Assembly (NCBI GenBank): GCA_030648645.1
Contig: JAUSHL010000018.1
Location: 2,225-66,224 of the forward strand
DNA from: Candidatus Daviesbacteria bacterium
GTDB taxonomy: Bacteria; Patescibacteriota; Microgenomatia; Daviesbacterales; UBA10151
DNA length: 64,000 nt
Reading direction: 5' to 3'
A program made the translations under genes and the position numbers. The notes beneath the pieces are model-generated. The model worked only from the letters and a program-made list of their open reading frames with translations. It had not been told where the DNA came from and searched no databases. Below are positions 9,720-18,706 of this stretch, piece by piece. How positions within the stretch are numbered: the first letter of the stretch is position 1; each line of letters begins with the position of its first letter.

Positions 9720-12700
9720 TTGCTCATGGAGAAAATAGTTTTAGTTGATGGGAATGCTCTGCTTCATCGGGCCTATCATGCCACACCTCCACTTTCTACC
9801 TCCAAGGGTGAGCTAATCAATGCAGTTTTTGGTTTTACTTCCATGTTACTTAAAGCCTTAGATGAGTTAAAACCGGAATATATTGCGGTAACTTGGGATT
9901 TAAAGGCTAAAACTTTTCGGCATGAGGTCTTTGAGCAATATAAAGCCAAAAGAAAACCAATGGATGAGGGATTGGCTTCTCAATTTGACCGGGCTCATCA
10001 AATTATTGAAGCTTTTAATATTCCTCAGTTTAGTCTGATAGGATATGAGGCAGATGATCTAATAGGCACGCTTGCAACGCAAGCAGTGAAACTCGAAACT
10101 CGAAACTCGAAACTCGAAACGATCATTGTAACAGGGGATAGGGATTTAATGCAGTTAATAAGTGAGAGGGTAAAAATTTTCATGCCTAAAAAAACTTTAG
10201 CTGATGTTGGATTATATGGAGAAGAAGAATTTGCCTTAAAATATGGCTTTGCCCCCAAAAATTTAGTGGATTTTAAAGCCTTGGCAGGGGATCAGTCAGA
10301 TGGCATTCCGGGTGTGCCTAAAATTGGCGAAGTTTCTGCTACAAAATTAATTCAGGAATATCAAACTATTGAAAATATTTATAAAAATTTGGACAAAGTA
10401 CCCGAGAGAACCAGAAAATTATTGGAAGAAGGCAGAGAATCTGCATTTTTAAGTCATAAATTAGCCACTATTAATACAAATACACCTATTAAATTAGATT
10501 TACCAGCCTGCAAGGTGCATGATTTTGAGAGAGAAAAAGTGGTGGAATTATTTAATGAACTACAATTTAAGAGTTTAATTTCCAGAATTCCTAATATTCC
10601 CTCTGTCATTCCTGCCCGCTTCGCCATAGCTTCAGCGAGGCGAGCGAAAGCAGGAATCCAGAAAGCCTGGATCCCGGATCCCTTCGGCCTCGCTCAGGGC
10701 GGGCAAGTCCGGGATGACAATAGTGAGATTGCTTCTCCGGCTTTGTCGGATCGCAATGACAATAATATGACTGATAGTGATAAAAATCAAAACCAGGCTA
10801 CAACAGATTTAGACAAAGAAGTTGTACCAATTTTAGAAGAAATGTCTAAGATCGGAGTATTGGTAGATCTGGTGTTTTTGAGTAGGCTTAGTGAGGATCT
10901 GCATAGTAGATTAGATAAGATTGAACAGGAAATTTACTCAATTATAGGGCATCAGTGTAATCTTAACAGCCCAAAACAGTTACAAATTGTTCTTTTTGAT
11001 GAACTAAACTTACCGGTTGTAAAAAAGACTAAAACCGGACGGTCAACTGATGAAGAAACCCTGCTGGAGTTAAAAACAGCTCATCCTGTAGTTTCTTTAC
11101 TTTTACAATATAGAACTCTTTATAAATTAGTTTCTACTTATGTTGATGCTTTACCAAAAAGTGTGGGGGATGATGGCCGTGTCCATTCCACTTTTAATGT
11201 GGAAGGTGCTTCAACCGGTAGGATTACTTCCAATCAACCAAATTTACAAAATATTCCGGTTAAAGGGGAGATGGGTTCGGAAATCAGAAAAGCCTTCATT
11301 GCTCCCAAAGGGTCGACCAAAGGTCGATCGCCCTCTGGGCGAAAAGTTTTGTTGGGGGCCGATTACTCACAAATTGAATTGCGGATCCTTGCTGATCTGT
11401 CTCAGGATGAAAATCTGATCAAGGCATTTAAAGAGAATCAGGATATTCATACGCTTACTGCCGCCAAAATTTTTGAAGTTCCGCTGGATAAAGTAACAAA
11501 AGAGCAAAGAAATGTGGGAAAAACTATGAATTTTGCCACTTTGTATGGACAAGGACCTCATGCTCTGTCGCGTCAACTGGGAGTGGAATATAATACTGCA
11601 AAGCAATACATAGATGAGTATTTTGAGCAATTTCCTAAAATTAAAATTTGGAAGGAAAAAGTTTTAAAAGGAGCTTATGAGACAGGATATGCAGAAACTC
11701 TATGGGGGAGAAAAAGATATATTCCGGAGCTTAAAGCCGGCAATAAAATGATGCAGTCTTTTGGGGAAAGAGCAGCTATAAATCATCCGGTTCAGGGTTG
11801 TCTTCCCTGGGAAACAAAAATTCTGACTTCAAGCGGTTATATTCCTATAGGAGAGCTATATAGTGCAAAAGATAAGCCTTCTCTGGTTTGGGATGGGAGT
11901 GATTGGTGGTTTTATGAAGTGTTAGATAGAGGTGAAGCACAATTAGCGCAGATTAAATTTTCTAATGGACAGGTATTTAAATGTGATATAAGACACAAAG
12001 TTTTAACTGTTGATGAGAATGGCTATGAATGGAAAGAATTTTCGCAACTTAGGTCTGGGATGAAAGTATGTTTTAGTATGCCAACAGTTCACGAGTTCTC
12101 TTCTACACAGTTTCGCTTTAAACATACGTCGAACGCTCACAATGGGATTTCTTTAAATATTATTGCAGATAAGGAGTTATGGTACTGGTTAGGATATTAT
12201 ATTGGAGATGGATATCTACATAAACGTTGGAATAGAGCTTGGGCTTTTTCATTAACCTACTTTTTTGGAGAACACGAGAGCGAAAAACGGGATAATTGTA
12301 TAAAATTTTTTACTTCACTAGGTTTGCATCCTACGCAGAGAAAGACTACACATCGCCCTAAAGTTAAATTATCCACACGTTATTTGGTTACAGTGTACTC
12401 TCAGGGTTTTGGAAGGTTGTTTGAGGAGATAGGATTATTAGGTGGAAAAAACGCTCATACTAAACGTTTGCCTTCGCGTATCTTCAAAGAATCTTTAGAG
12501 AATCGTTGTGTTTTTATTAAGGGAATTATGGATTCTGATGGGTATGATGGAATAAAGGAAAACAATAATCCAAGTATTCATATTTGCCAAAGAGGATTGT
12601 TGCAAGAGATACAACTTTTATTAAAAACCGTAGGGACAGAAAGTCAGATTAGGGGACCTTATCTCTATAACGAAAAAATTTCATATCGTCTAGATATTCA

Positions 12701-13409
12701 CAGAAATGCTCTGGCACGGGCTTTACGTCAGGGTGAAATGTCGCGGTTTGACCGTTATTTAAATCGACTAACACCTCAATTTCTAGTACAGGAAGCTGTT
12801 TCTTTAGGTGGTCATTTACAAAAAACTCAATTTGCTACAGCTTCAGATTATGTGTTATATAGCCGATGGAAAAATGGAGGCTCCTCTTCTCTCTATTATT
12901 TTCAAACTTGGCTAAAACGTAATAACGTCATATTACAATCACCTGTTTATCATTTTAATGAAATTACGGAAATAGATATACTTGATCAGTTTGAAACAAC
13001 TTACACTTTAAGTGTTCCTGGGAGTCATAGATTTGATAGCGAAGGTGTTATTTCCAAAAATACAGCAGCTGATATGATAAAAAAAGCTATGGTGGAAATA
13101 AATAATCAGTTATCAGTTCTCAGTGGTCAGTCGTCAGTTTTTGGTCAATCAGTTGTCGGTTTGTCTGTAACTGGTAAACGGAAAACTGGAAAACTAAATT
13201 CCGAAAACCGAAAACAGAAAACTGATAACTGTAAATTAATCCTCCAGGTCCATGATGAATTATTGTTCGAGTGCAACGAGAACTCTGCAGAAGAACTGGG
13301 GAAAATGGTCAAAGAAAAAATGGAAAATGCCCTAAAATTATCTGTTCCTGTGATAGTAGATTTAAAAACAGGTCCAAATTGGGGAGAAATGAAGTCCTTG
13401 AAAATTTAG
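9720..13409 (+). CDS. polA: DNA polymerase I with an intein and several in-frame repeat insertions
   Basis: 5'-3' exonuclease N-terminus, polymerase motifs DYSQIELR, KTMNFATLYG, QVHDELLFE; extein junction INHPVQG|...|TAADMIKKAMV. Confidence 0.9.
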   Translation: MLMEKIVLVDGNALLHRAYHATPPLSTSKGELINAVFGFTSMLLKALDELKPEYIAVTWDLKAKTFRHEVFEQYKAKRKPMDEGLASQFDRAHQIIEAFNIPQFSLIGYEADDLIGTLATQAVKLETRNSKLETIIVTGDRDLMQLISERVKIFMPKKTLADVGLYGEEEFALKYGFAPKNLVDFKALAGDQSDGIPGVPKIGEVSATKLIQEYQTIENIYKNLDKVPERTRKLLEEGRESAFLSHKLATINTNTPIKLDLPACKVHDFEREKVVELFNELQFKSLISRIPNIPSVIPARFAIASARRAKAGIQKAWIPDPFGLAQGGQVRDDNSEIASPALSDRNDNNMTDSDKNQNQATTDLDKEVVPILEEMSKIGVLVDLVFLSRLSEDLHSRLDKIEQEIYSIIGHQCNLNSPKQLQIVLFDELNLPVVKKTKTGRSTDEETLLELKTAHPVVSLLLQYRTLYKLVSTYVDALPKSVGDDGRVHSTFNVEGASTGRITSNQPNLQNIPVKGEMGSEIRKAFIAPKGSTKGRSPSGRKVLLGADYSQIELRILADLSQDENLIKAFKENQDIHTLTAAKIFEVPLDKVTKEQRNVGKTMNFATLYGQGPHALSRQLGVEYNTAKQYIDEYFEQFPKIKIWKEKVLKGAYETGYAETLWGRKRYIPELKAGNKMMQSFGERAAINHPVQGCLPWETKILTSSGYIPIGELYSAKDKPSLVWDGSDWWFYEVLDRGEAQLAQIKFSNGQVFKCDIRHKVLTVDENGYEWKEFSQLRSGMKVCFSMPTVHEFSSTQFRFKHTSNAHNGISLNIIADKELWYWLGYYIGDGYLHKRWNRAWAFSLTYFFGEHESEKRDNCIKFFTSLGLHPTQRKTTHRPKVKLSTRYLVTVYSQGFGRLFEEIGLLGGKNAHTKRLPSRIFKESLENRCVFIKGIMDSDGYDGIKENNNPSIHICQRGLLQEIQLLLKTVGTESQIRGPYLYNEKISYRLDIHRNALARALRQGEMSRFDRYLNRLTPQFLVQEAVSLGGHLQKTQFATASDYVLYSRWKNGGSSSLYYFQTWLKRNNVILQSPVYHFNEITEIDILDQFETTYTLSVPGSHRFDSEGVISKNTAADMIKKAMVEINNQLSVLSGQSSVFGQSVVGLSVTGKRKTGKLNSENRKQKTDNCKLILQVHDELLFECNENSAEELGKMVKEKMENALKLSVPVIVDLKTGPNWGEMKSLKI
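10088..10120. repeat. (CTCGAAA)n heptanucleotide tandem repeat inside polA
   Basis: gaaactcgaaactcgaaactcgaaactcgaaac; encodes KLETRNSKLET; same heptamer at 50149-50172. Confidence 0.8.
10605..10718. repeat. GTCAT...GATGAC hairpin mini-repeat inserted in frame in polA
   Basis: gtcattcctgc...cccttcggcctcgctcagggcgggcaagtccgggatgac; near-identical copies at 16059-16108 and 29388-29477. Confidence 0.8.
11799..13061 (+). other. intein (421 aa) with LAGLIDADG homing endonuclease domain inside polA
   Basis: Starts with Cys after NHPVQG; block B-like DIRHKVLT; two LAGLIDADG-type motifs (LGYYIGDGY, IKGIMDSDGYDG); ends ...GVISKN followed by Thr, with extein resuming TAADMIKKAMV. Confidence 0.75.
13117..13232. 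repeat. low-complexity repeat insertion in polA (CAGTCGTCAG and GAAAAC motifs)
   Basis: Adds ~35 aa between the KKAMV helix and motif C; a related CAGTCGTCAG repeat occurs in recF at ~21995-22040. Confidence 0.45.
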
Positions 13410-13506
13410 CCTCTCCAGACTTGTCTTGTAAGGCTAATAAAATTTGTTATACAATTAAAGCTAAAACATACCAAAATTACGCAATAGCGAAGAATTAGTA
13501 TGTTTT

Positions 13507-13540
13507 CCCATAAAGTGGACGATCGGGCAAAGTATGGAAT
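13507..13540. repeat. hairpin element (GTGGACGATCGGGCAAAGTATGGAAT)
   Basis: Related copy at 14738-14772 and related to type C elements at 33093 and 33650 (shared ACGATCGG and AAGTATGG). Confidence 0.55.
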
Positions 13541-13599
13541 TAGATATTTTGCGATTTTCCTGCTTGACTTATATATATCAAAAGTATAAAATGATATAT

Positions 13600-13860
13600 A
13601 TGATGGAAACTGTTCAAGCATTTCAATTAGGTTCTTCTACAGTAATTACTTTGCCCAAAACGCTGGGTATTCATCCTGGACAAAAATTTAGTCTTAAAAA
13701 AACCAATAAAAAAATAGTTTTAAAAGAAGAGAAACTTACTGAAATTGAAGTAGAAAAATTAGTTAAGCGTCTTTCTGGAGGATTAAATTTTAAATATCAT
13801 CCTAATCCTGAGGAGCTCAATAAAATTTTTGATGAAGAATATGAAGATTTGTTATCTTGA
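13600..13860 (+). CDS. AbrB/MazE-type antitoxin (VapB-like)
   Basis: SpoVT/AbrB swapped-hairpin N-terminus (VQAFQLGSSTVITLPK); ATG at 13600 is in frame within ORF 13534-13860. Confidence 0.5.
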   Translation: MMETVQAFQLGSSTVITLPKTLGIHPGQKFSLKKTNKKIVLKEEKLTEIEVEKLVKRLSGGLNFKYHPNPEELNKIFDEEYEDLLS

Positions 13861-14296
13861 TGCTAACTTGCTGGTCTACTATGGGAATAGAAATTCGCCT
13901 TTTCATTTTAGGTCTCGAAGCATCATTAAAAAACTTATTTTAGAAAATTGGCAACTACGTATTAGTTCATTAATCTTAGATGAATATGAGCATGCCATAA
14001 TTCGTTTGTCAGGAAGTATAAAGGCAGAAGTCATTAAAGATTTAAGAGGTGGGTTAAAAAAAATTTCTAAAATCCCCATGCTAGAGTTAGTTAATCCTCC
14101 ATTACGGATAAAAGAACATTTCAAAATATTAAAATTTATTGAAAAGTTTGGACTAAAACCTCGAGATGCTTATCATTTGTTTATCATGAAAGAGAATAAG
14201 ATTCAATTTATGGCTACTTTTGATAATGATTTTGAAAAAGTTTTTAACAAAAGTGTGATAAAAAAATTTGAATTAGCCCTAATTGGGGAGAAATGA
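13829..14296 (+). CDS. PIN-domain toxin (VapC-like)
   Basis: ICYLDANLLVYY and TFDNDFE acidic motifs; overlaps the antitoxin gene. Confidence 0.6.
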   Translation: MMKNMKICYLDANLLVYYGNRNSPFHFRSRSIIKKLILENWQLRISSLILDEYEHAIIRLSGSIKAEVIKDLRGGLKKISKIPMLELVNPPLRIKEHFKILKFIEKFGLKPRDAYHLFIMKENKIQFMATFDNDFEKVFNKSVIKKFELALIGEK

Positions 14297-14341
14297 GCAA
14301 GCTCTCTCCTTCGGAGATGAAGCAACTGGAAATTTAATTAA

Positions 14342-14701
14342 CTATTTTATTGAATTAGATAAAGTATAAATTGGTAAAATAAAAGTAGGAATACATAAAA
14401 CTATTGCAGAAAGACCGAATAATCCATCTGCTACAGCTAATATTCCTCCACACTTGGTGGCTAATTTATTTGCACGTTTCATAAATAGTAATAAAATTCC
14501 ATACAAAATACTCGCTAAGCATACAAAAATAGTTAAATAGATGAAAAAATAACCAAAATTAAAATTTGATATTGGAATGCTTTCTTGTTGGTATAAACGA
14601 ACTAATTTGGGAGCAACGAAAAATAACATAATAGAGGGGATAGTGGCAAAAACAATACCATTAATGATATTTATTATTCCGACTGTTTTTGGTTGATCCA
14701 T
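14342..14701 (-). CDS. small multi-pass membrane protein
   Basis: 119 aa, three or four hydrophobic helices. Confidence 0.4.
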   Translation of the reverse strand: MDQPKTVGIINIINGIVFATIPSIMLFFVAPKLVRLYQQESIPISNFNFGYFFIYLTIFVCLASILYGILLLFMKRANKLATKCGGILAVADGLFGLSAIVLCIPTFILPIYTLSNSIK

Positions 14702-14737
14702 AAAATTATTTTAACACACTTTTCATGTTTTCATAGA

Positions 14738-14772
14738 CATAGAGTGGACGATCATTGTAAGTATGGAATGGA
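14738..14772. repeat. hairpin element (GTGGACGATCATTGTAAGTATGGAATGG)
   Basis: Partner of 13507-13540; the two bracket the VapBC plus membrane-protein block. Confidence 0.5.
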
Positions 14773-14862
14773 AATGAGATAAGTTTATACATCCCACCTC
14801 GGGGGTGGGATATGAAACAGAAATCCAGGTTTTTGGAGTTTAATTTATGATATACTACACCC

Positions 14863-15258
14863 ATGAATAAGCAAAGCTTGATTTCTCGAAGACTCAAAAA
14901 TAAGCAAAGCTTTTCTACGAATAAACTTATTCCTTTTAAAAAATTTTCTAATAAAGCAGAGAGATTTAATTTATCAGGTACCTCTGTTATGGTTAATAAA
15001 ACAGGAGTTCCTTTGGGATTTGTTTTTGGTAGAGATTCTTTTATCTCTTTTTTGGAATATATTGACAGTGAATTTGAGAAAAATGTGACTGATCCAGGAA
15101 AAGCTTTCAATAACCCAGCTGGAAAATTAATTGATTTCATTGAAGAGAAATTACCAGTCAAATCTAAGTTTATGAGTGATATTAAAGAGGCCAGAAAAGA
15201 GGCTCAAAGAATAGGTTGGGTTAGCTTGGGAGAAATTGAACGATCCTTAAATGTTTAA
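14863..15258 (+). CDS. Phd/YefM-like antitoxin (N-terminus partly repeat-derived)
   Basis: VMVNKTGVPLGFVFGRDSFISFLEYID matches the Phd/YefM core; C-terminal ...IKEARKEAQRIGWVSLGEIE typical of these antitoxins; preferred over the antisense ORF 14706-15161. Confidence 0.45.
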   Translation: MNKQSLISRRLKNKQSFSTNKLIPFKKFSNKAERFNLSGTSVMVNKTGVPLGFVFGRDSFISFLEYIDSEFEKNVTDPGKAFNNPAGKLIDFIEEKLPVKSKFMSDIKEARKEAQRIGWVSLGEIERSLNV

Positions 15259-15264
15259 TGTTAA

Positions 15265-15465
15265 ATTTACTCCTCAAAGCTAAAATATTTTGCCAGCCAA
15301 CAAGAACCTATAAAATTAGCCAAACCCCTGACTAATTTATCACCAGCTACACATAGATTTAGGGTAGGAGATTACAGAATAGCTTTCTATAAGGATCAAA
15401 CCACTATTTATATAGATAGAATTGGTCATAGAAGAGAAGTATATTATTTCGAAATAGAAATTTAA
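15265..15465 (+). pseudogene. truncated RelE/ParE-family toxin remnant (no start codon, N-terminal ~25 aa missing)
   Basis: Same frame as the upstream antitoxin after TAA TGT TAA; translates ...THRFRVGDYRIAFYKDQTTIYIDRIGHRREVYYFE, a RelE C-terminal signature. Confidence 0.5.
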
Positions 15466-15995
15466 TTTCTATATTTTTGACAAAGTAGATTTTAAGGACT
15501 ATCGTTAGGAGTATGGGAGAAATATTCCGCGTTATTGTTCCGGAGGGAGATGCATCTTTTCCTGCTTTACAAGAATTAAAACAAAAACTTCCTGGGTCAA
15601 CCAGAGTTAAAATTATAGAATCAGACAATAAAATTCCTGGGCAAACTCCTCATCGTTCATATCTTTTTCATTTTAGAGAATCCTCTGAAATTATTAATTA
15701 TGAAGTTAAAGAAATTCAATAGGGAACAGAGAAAAAATTCAAAAAAGAGAGCGGAAATTGTGCACATGCCTCATTTATTTTCCGGAGGAGAATCCAGTAA
15801 AAATAAAGCCAAAAGACTGGCATCAATTCTTCACAAAGTTCGAAAAAGTTAGAAATCATTTCAAAATCTAAGCCATATTGTCATCCTGAACTTGATTCAG
15901 GATCTATATAAACCAATTTAACTCGATGTTGCAATCCTTCGATTACACTCAGGATTGTACTGAGCTTGTCGAATGTACAACCGCCAGCTGGCGGT

Positions 15996-16058
15996 CTCGT
16001 TAAATGGTTTGAACCCAAAATTTCGATTAAAAGTTGCAGATTGGAGTATTTTGGGTAT
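15996..16058. repeat. 65-nt hairpin element (reverse-complement copy of TATACCCAAAATA...ATTTTGGGTTCAAACCATTT)
   Basis: Direct-orientation copies at 58122-58183 and 58881-58944. Confidence 0.7.
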
Positions 16059-16108
16059 AGATTCCGTGTCCCTTCGGCCTCGCTCAGGGCGGGCAAGCAC
16101 GGAATGAC
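16059..16108. repeat. GATTCCGTGTCCCTTCGGCCTCGCTCAGGGCGGGCAAGCACGGAATGAC mini-repeat
   Basis: Shares the CCCTTCGGCCTCGCTCAGGGCGGGCAAG core with 10605-10718 and 29388-29477. Confidence 0.8.
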
Positions 16109-16124
16109 AGTTTTGGAATAAAAT

Positions 16125-17072
16125 CTAAACAATCAATTTTTTAACTTCTCTTTGGGTTACCTCAAATTTAGTAAACCCTGTTTTTTCTAAAATCCAAAAA
16201 ATCCCGGAAATTATTGGATAAATTAAAAGGGATAAAAATGAAGACAAAAAGTTTAAAGAAACGAAAAAGGTTATTGATAAAATTATGGCAACGATGCCTA
16301 TATTGGGACCAATTAAATTATTAATTTGGGCAGAAATAGCCTGTTTAATAAAACTATTCTGGGATGTAACAGGAGATTGGGTGGTTGTGATCTGATCTAA
16401 TATTTTTGGATCCGTACCCACTTCGCCAAGGCTTCGCGGGTCAAAGCCATATTGTTTTAAAAGATCCGGATTTTGTTTTAAAAGGTTTATCTGATCTGCA
16501 GATATATTCATCATTGGACCCGGTCCCTGAGGTAAATTAGATGTAGGAAGACCTGAGGTGGCTAAATTAATAATCGGATCAAGCAGAGAATCAGGAATCT
16601 GAAAACCATTTTTTACCAAACTTTGGGAAATATTAAAATAAAAAACTAAGGAAGATACTAAAATAATGAAAGTGGAAAGTCTTTTTATGGAAGGGATCAA
16701 TAAAATGGAAGCTTGAAAAGTTAAATAATTTTGCAGTTTCTTTTGCAAAGTAAAAAAGACAATTAAAAAGGTCAGAAAAAATCCGGCAATTAAAATATAA
16801 ACTGAAGAAGTAATTAGAAATAGAGGAATAAGTGAGGCTAAAACTGCGGTAGGTATAACAATTTTCCAGTTCATGGAGAAAGTTACTAAAATTGCAAAAA
16901 ATAAAGATGATAAAAGTAAGTATGAAACTAACAATACTGCCTGCAAAATTATTTTTAAATCCAGTGAGAAAAGAAAATTAGAATTTTGTAAAAATAAATC
17001 TAAATTAAGGCAAAAAAGGAAGAAGAAAAGCAGAAAAGGTAGGGCAAAAATAATCTTTTTCAAATAGGGCAT
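16125..17072 (-). CDS. polytopic membrane protein (hypothetical)
   Basis: 315 aa, many hydrophobic helices, Q/P-rich loop. Confidence 0.5.
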   Translation of the reverse strand: MPYLKKIIFALPFLLFFFLFCLNLDLFLQNSNFLFSLDLKIILQAVLLVSYLLLSSLFFAILVTFSMNWKIVIPTAVLASLIPLFLITSSVYILIAGFFLTFLIVFFTLQKKLQNYLTFQASILLIPSIKRLSTFIILVSSLVFYFNISQSLVKNGFQIPDSLLDPIINLATSGLPTSNLPQGPGPMMNISADQINLLKQNPDLLKQYGFDPRSLGEVGTDPKILDQITTTQSPVTSQNSFIKQAISAQINNLIGPNIGIVAIILSITFFVSLNFLSSFLSLLIYPIISGIFWILEKTGFTKFEVTQREVKKLIV

Positions 17073-17096
17073 ATAAATATTGTAGCAGATTTAAGA

Positions 17097-17396
17097 TTAG
17101 ATAATGGTGTAATATTTTTTGTTATCAAATTCTAGTTCTTTAATTTTGTAGCTGTTATTGGCATGGTCATATAAAACACTTTCAGGTTTTCTATCTAAAA
17201 CATGGTAAAGTTTTCCTGCAAAAACCAAATGTTCTAAAGAATATTCTTCTCCTTCTAAATTAGGTTTGGTAAAAAGAGGACAATGATGAAGTTCGTGTAT
17301 TGCTTGATCTTTATCCTGATAATGATGCATATGGTGAACAAAATATAATTTTTGTTCTTCCTGCTCTTTTTCTGTTAAGAAATTCTGATGATCCAT
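17097..17396 (-). CDS. hypothetical His-rich small protein
   Basis: 99 aa ORF. Confidence 0.35.
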   Translation of the reverse strand: MDHQNFLTEKEQEEQKLYFVHHMHHYQDKDQAIHELHHCPLFTKPNLEGEEYSLEHLVFAGKLYHVLDRKPESVLYDHANNSYKIKELEFDNKKYYTII

Positions 17397-17534
17397 AAGC
17401 TTATTATATATTAAGCTATCTTTTGGTACAATTTACATAATGAAAATCGCTTTAACACATGATCCTTCGACTACTTCGACTGCGCTCAGTACAAGTCCGC
17501 TCAGGACAAGTTATTTAAGTGGAGGAGAAATTAT

Positions 17535-18704
17535 ATGAAAGTAGCCTTAGCACACGATTATCTCCGTGAGTACGGTGGTGCGGAACGTGTTCTTGAAACA
17601 ATTCATGAGATGTTTCCTGATGCTCCGGTTTATACTGCCTATTATAACCCTGAAAGCTTAGGGGTAAATGCTAAAAGGTTTGCCAGTTGGAATATCAAAA
17701 CCTCTTGGATGCAAAAAGTTCCTTTTGCCAATAAATTAATTTCCCCCTTTAGAATTTTTGCTCCTTTTATGTTTGAAACATTTGATTTTTCTGAATATGA
17801 TTTAGTCATTTCTTCCTCCTCGGCTGTTTATTTTGCCAAAGCAGTCTTAACAAAACCACATACTTTGCATCTAAGCTATATTCACACTCCTCCCAGATTT
17901 TTATATGGATATACAACTTCCTTTAATTACAAAAAAAATCCAATTACTCATATTTTAGGAGAAATAGTAAATCATATCTTACGAATTTATGATTTTAATG
18001 TTTCCCAAAGGCCGGATATTTTAATGGCCAATTCCAAAAATGTGCAGGCAAGAATCAAAAAATTTTATCGAAGAGATTCAGTAATTATTTATCCACCTGT
18101 CAATCTAAAAGAGTTTGTCATTCCTGCGAAAGCAGGAATCTATGGATCCCTGGTCAAGCCAGGGATGACAAATTCCAGGATGACAGATAAAGAGTATTTT
18201 CTTTCCTTAAATAGATTAGTGAGGGGGAAGGGGACAGAGATTGCTGTGGAAGCCTGTACAAAATTAAATTTGCCATTAAAAGTAGTAGGAATGGGTCCGG
18301 AACTTGTCCCACTTCGTTCTGTTGCACAGAACTACGTGGGATGTAAAAACATAGAATTTTTAGGCAATGTTTCTGATGAGGAAAGGGTAAAGTTATATGC
18401 TGGGGCCAAAGCCTTGATTGTAGCCTCAGAAGATGAGGATTTTGGAATTACTCCGGTGGAGGCACAAGCTGCCGGAACACCAGTAATAGCTTTAAAAGCC
18501 GGTGGATTTTTGGAAACCGTGGTGGCTGGAAAAACTGGAGAATTTTTTTCTGAACCAAATGCAGAGAATTTGATGGAAGTATTAAAAGATTTTGACCCTC
18601 AAAAATATAATCCTGAAGATTGTAGAAAACAGGCAGAAAAATTCTCGGAGGAGAGATTTAAAAAAGAATTGTTAGACTTGATTGAGAAAAATATAAAAAA
18701 ATAG
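17535..18704 (+). CDS. glycosyltransferase family 4 (GT1/GT4 fold)
   Basis: C-terminal EDFGITPVEAQAAGTPVIA motif; contains an in-frame mini-repeat at 18117-18186. Confidence 0.8.
   Translation: MKVALAHDYLREYGGAERVLETIHEMFPDAPVYTAYYNPESLGVNAKRFASWNIKTSWMQKVPFANKLISPFRIFAPFMFETFDFSEYDLVISSSSAVYFAKAVLTKPHTLHLSYIHTPPRFLYGYTTSFNYKKNPITHILGEIVNHILRIYDFNVSQRPDILMANSKNVQARIKKFYRRDSVIIYPPVNLKEFVIPAKAGIYGSLVKPGMTNSRMTDKEYFLSLNRLVRGKGTEIAVEACTKLNLPLKVVGMGPELVPLRSVAQNYVGCKNIEFLGNVSDEERVKLYAGAKALIVASEDEDFGITPVEAQAAGTPVIALKAGGFLETVVAGKTGEFFSEPNAENLMEVLKDFDPQKYNPEDCRKQAEKFSEERFKKELLDLIEKNIKK
18117..18186. repeat. GTCATTCCTGCGAAAGCAGGAATC...GGATGAC mini-repeat inside the GT4 gene
   Basis: Encodes VIPAKAGIYGSLVKPGMTNSRMTD; related copies at 29388 and 55755. 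Confidence 0.75.
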
Positions 18705-18706
18705 AC

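Noticed and set aside
11140-11630. Short ORFs on both strands inside polA
   Set aside because: They are nested within a well-supported long gene and have no motifs.
14706-15161. 151-aa minus-strand ORF overlapping the Phd-like gene
   Set aside because: The plus-strand ORF carries a recognisable Phd/YefM motif and is followed in frame by a RelE remnant. The minus-strand product has no recognisable features.
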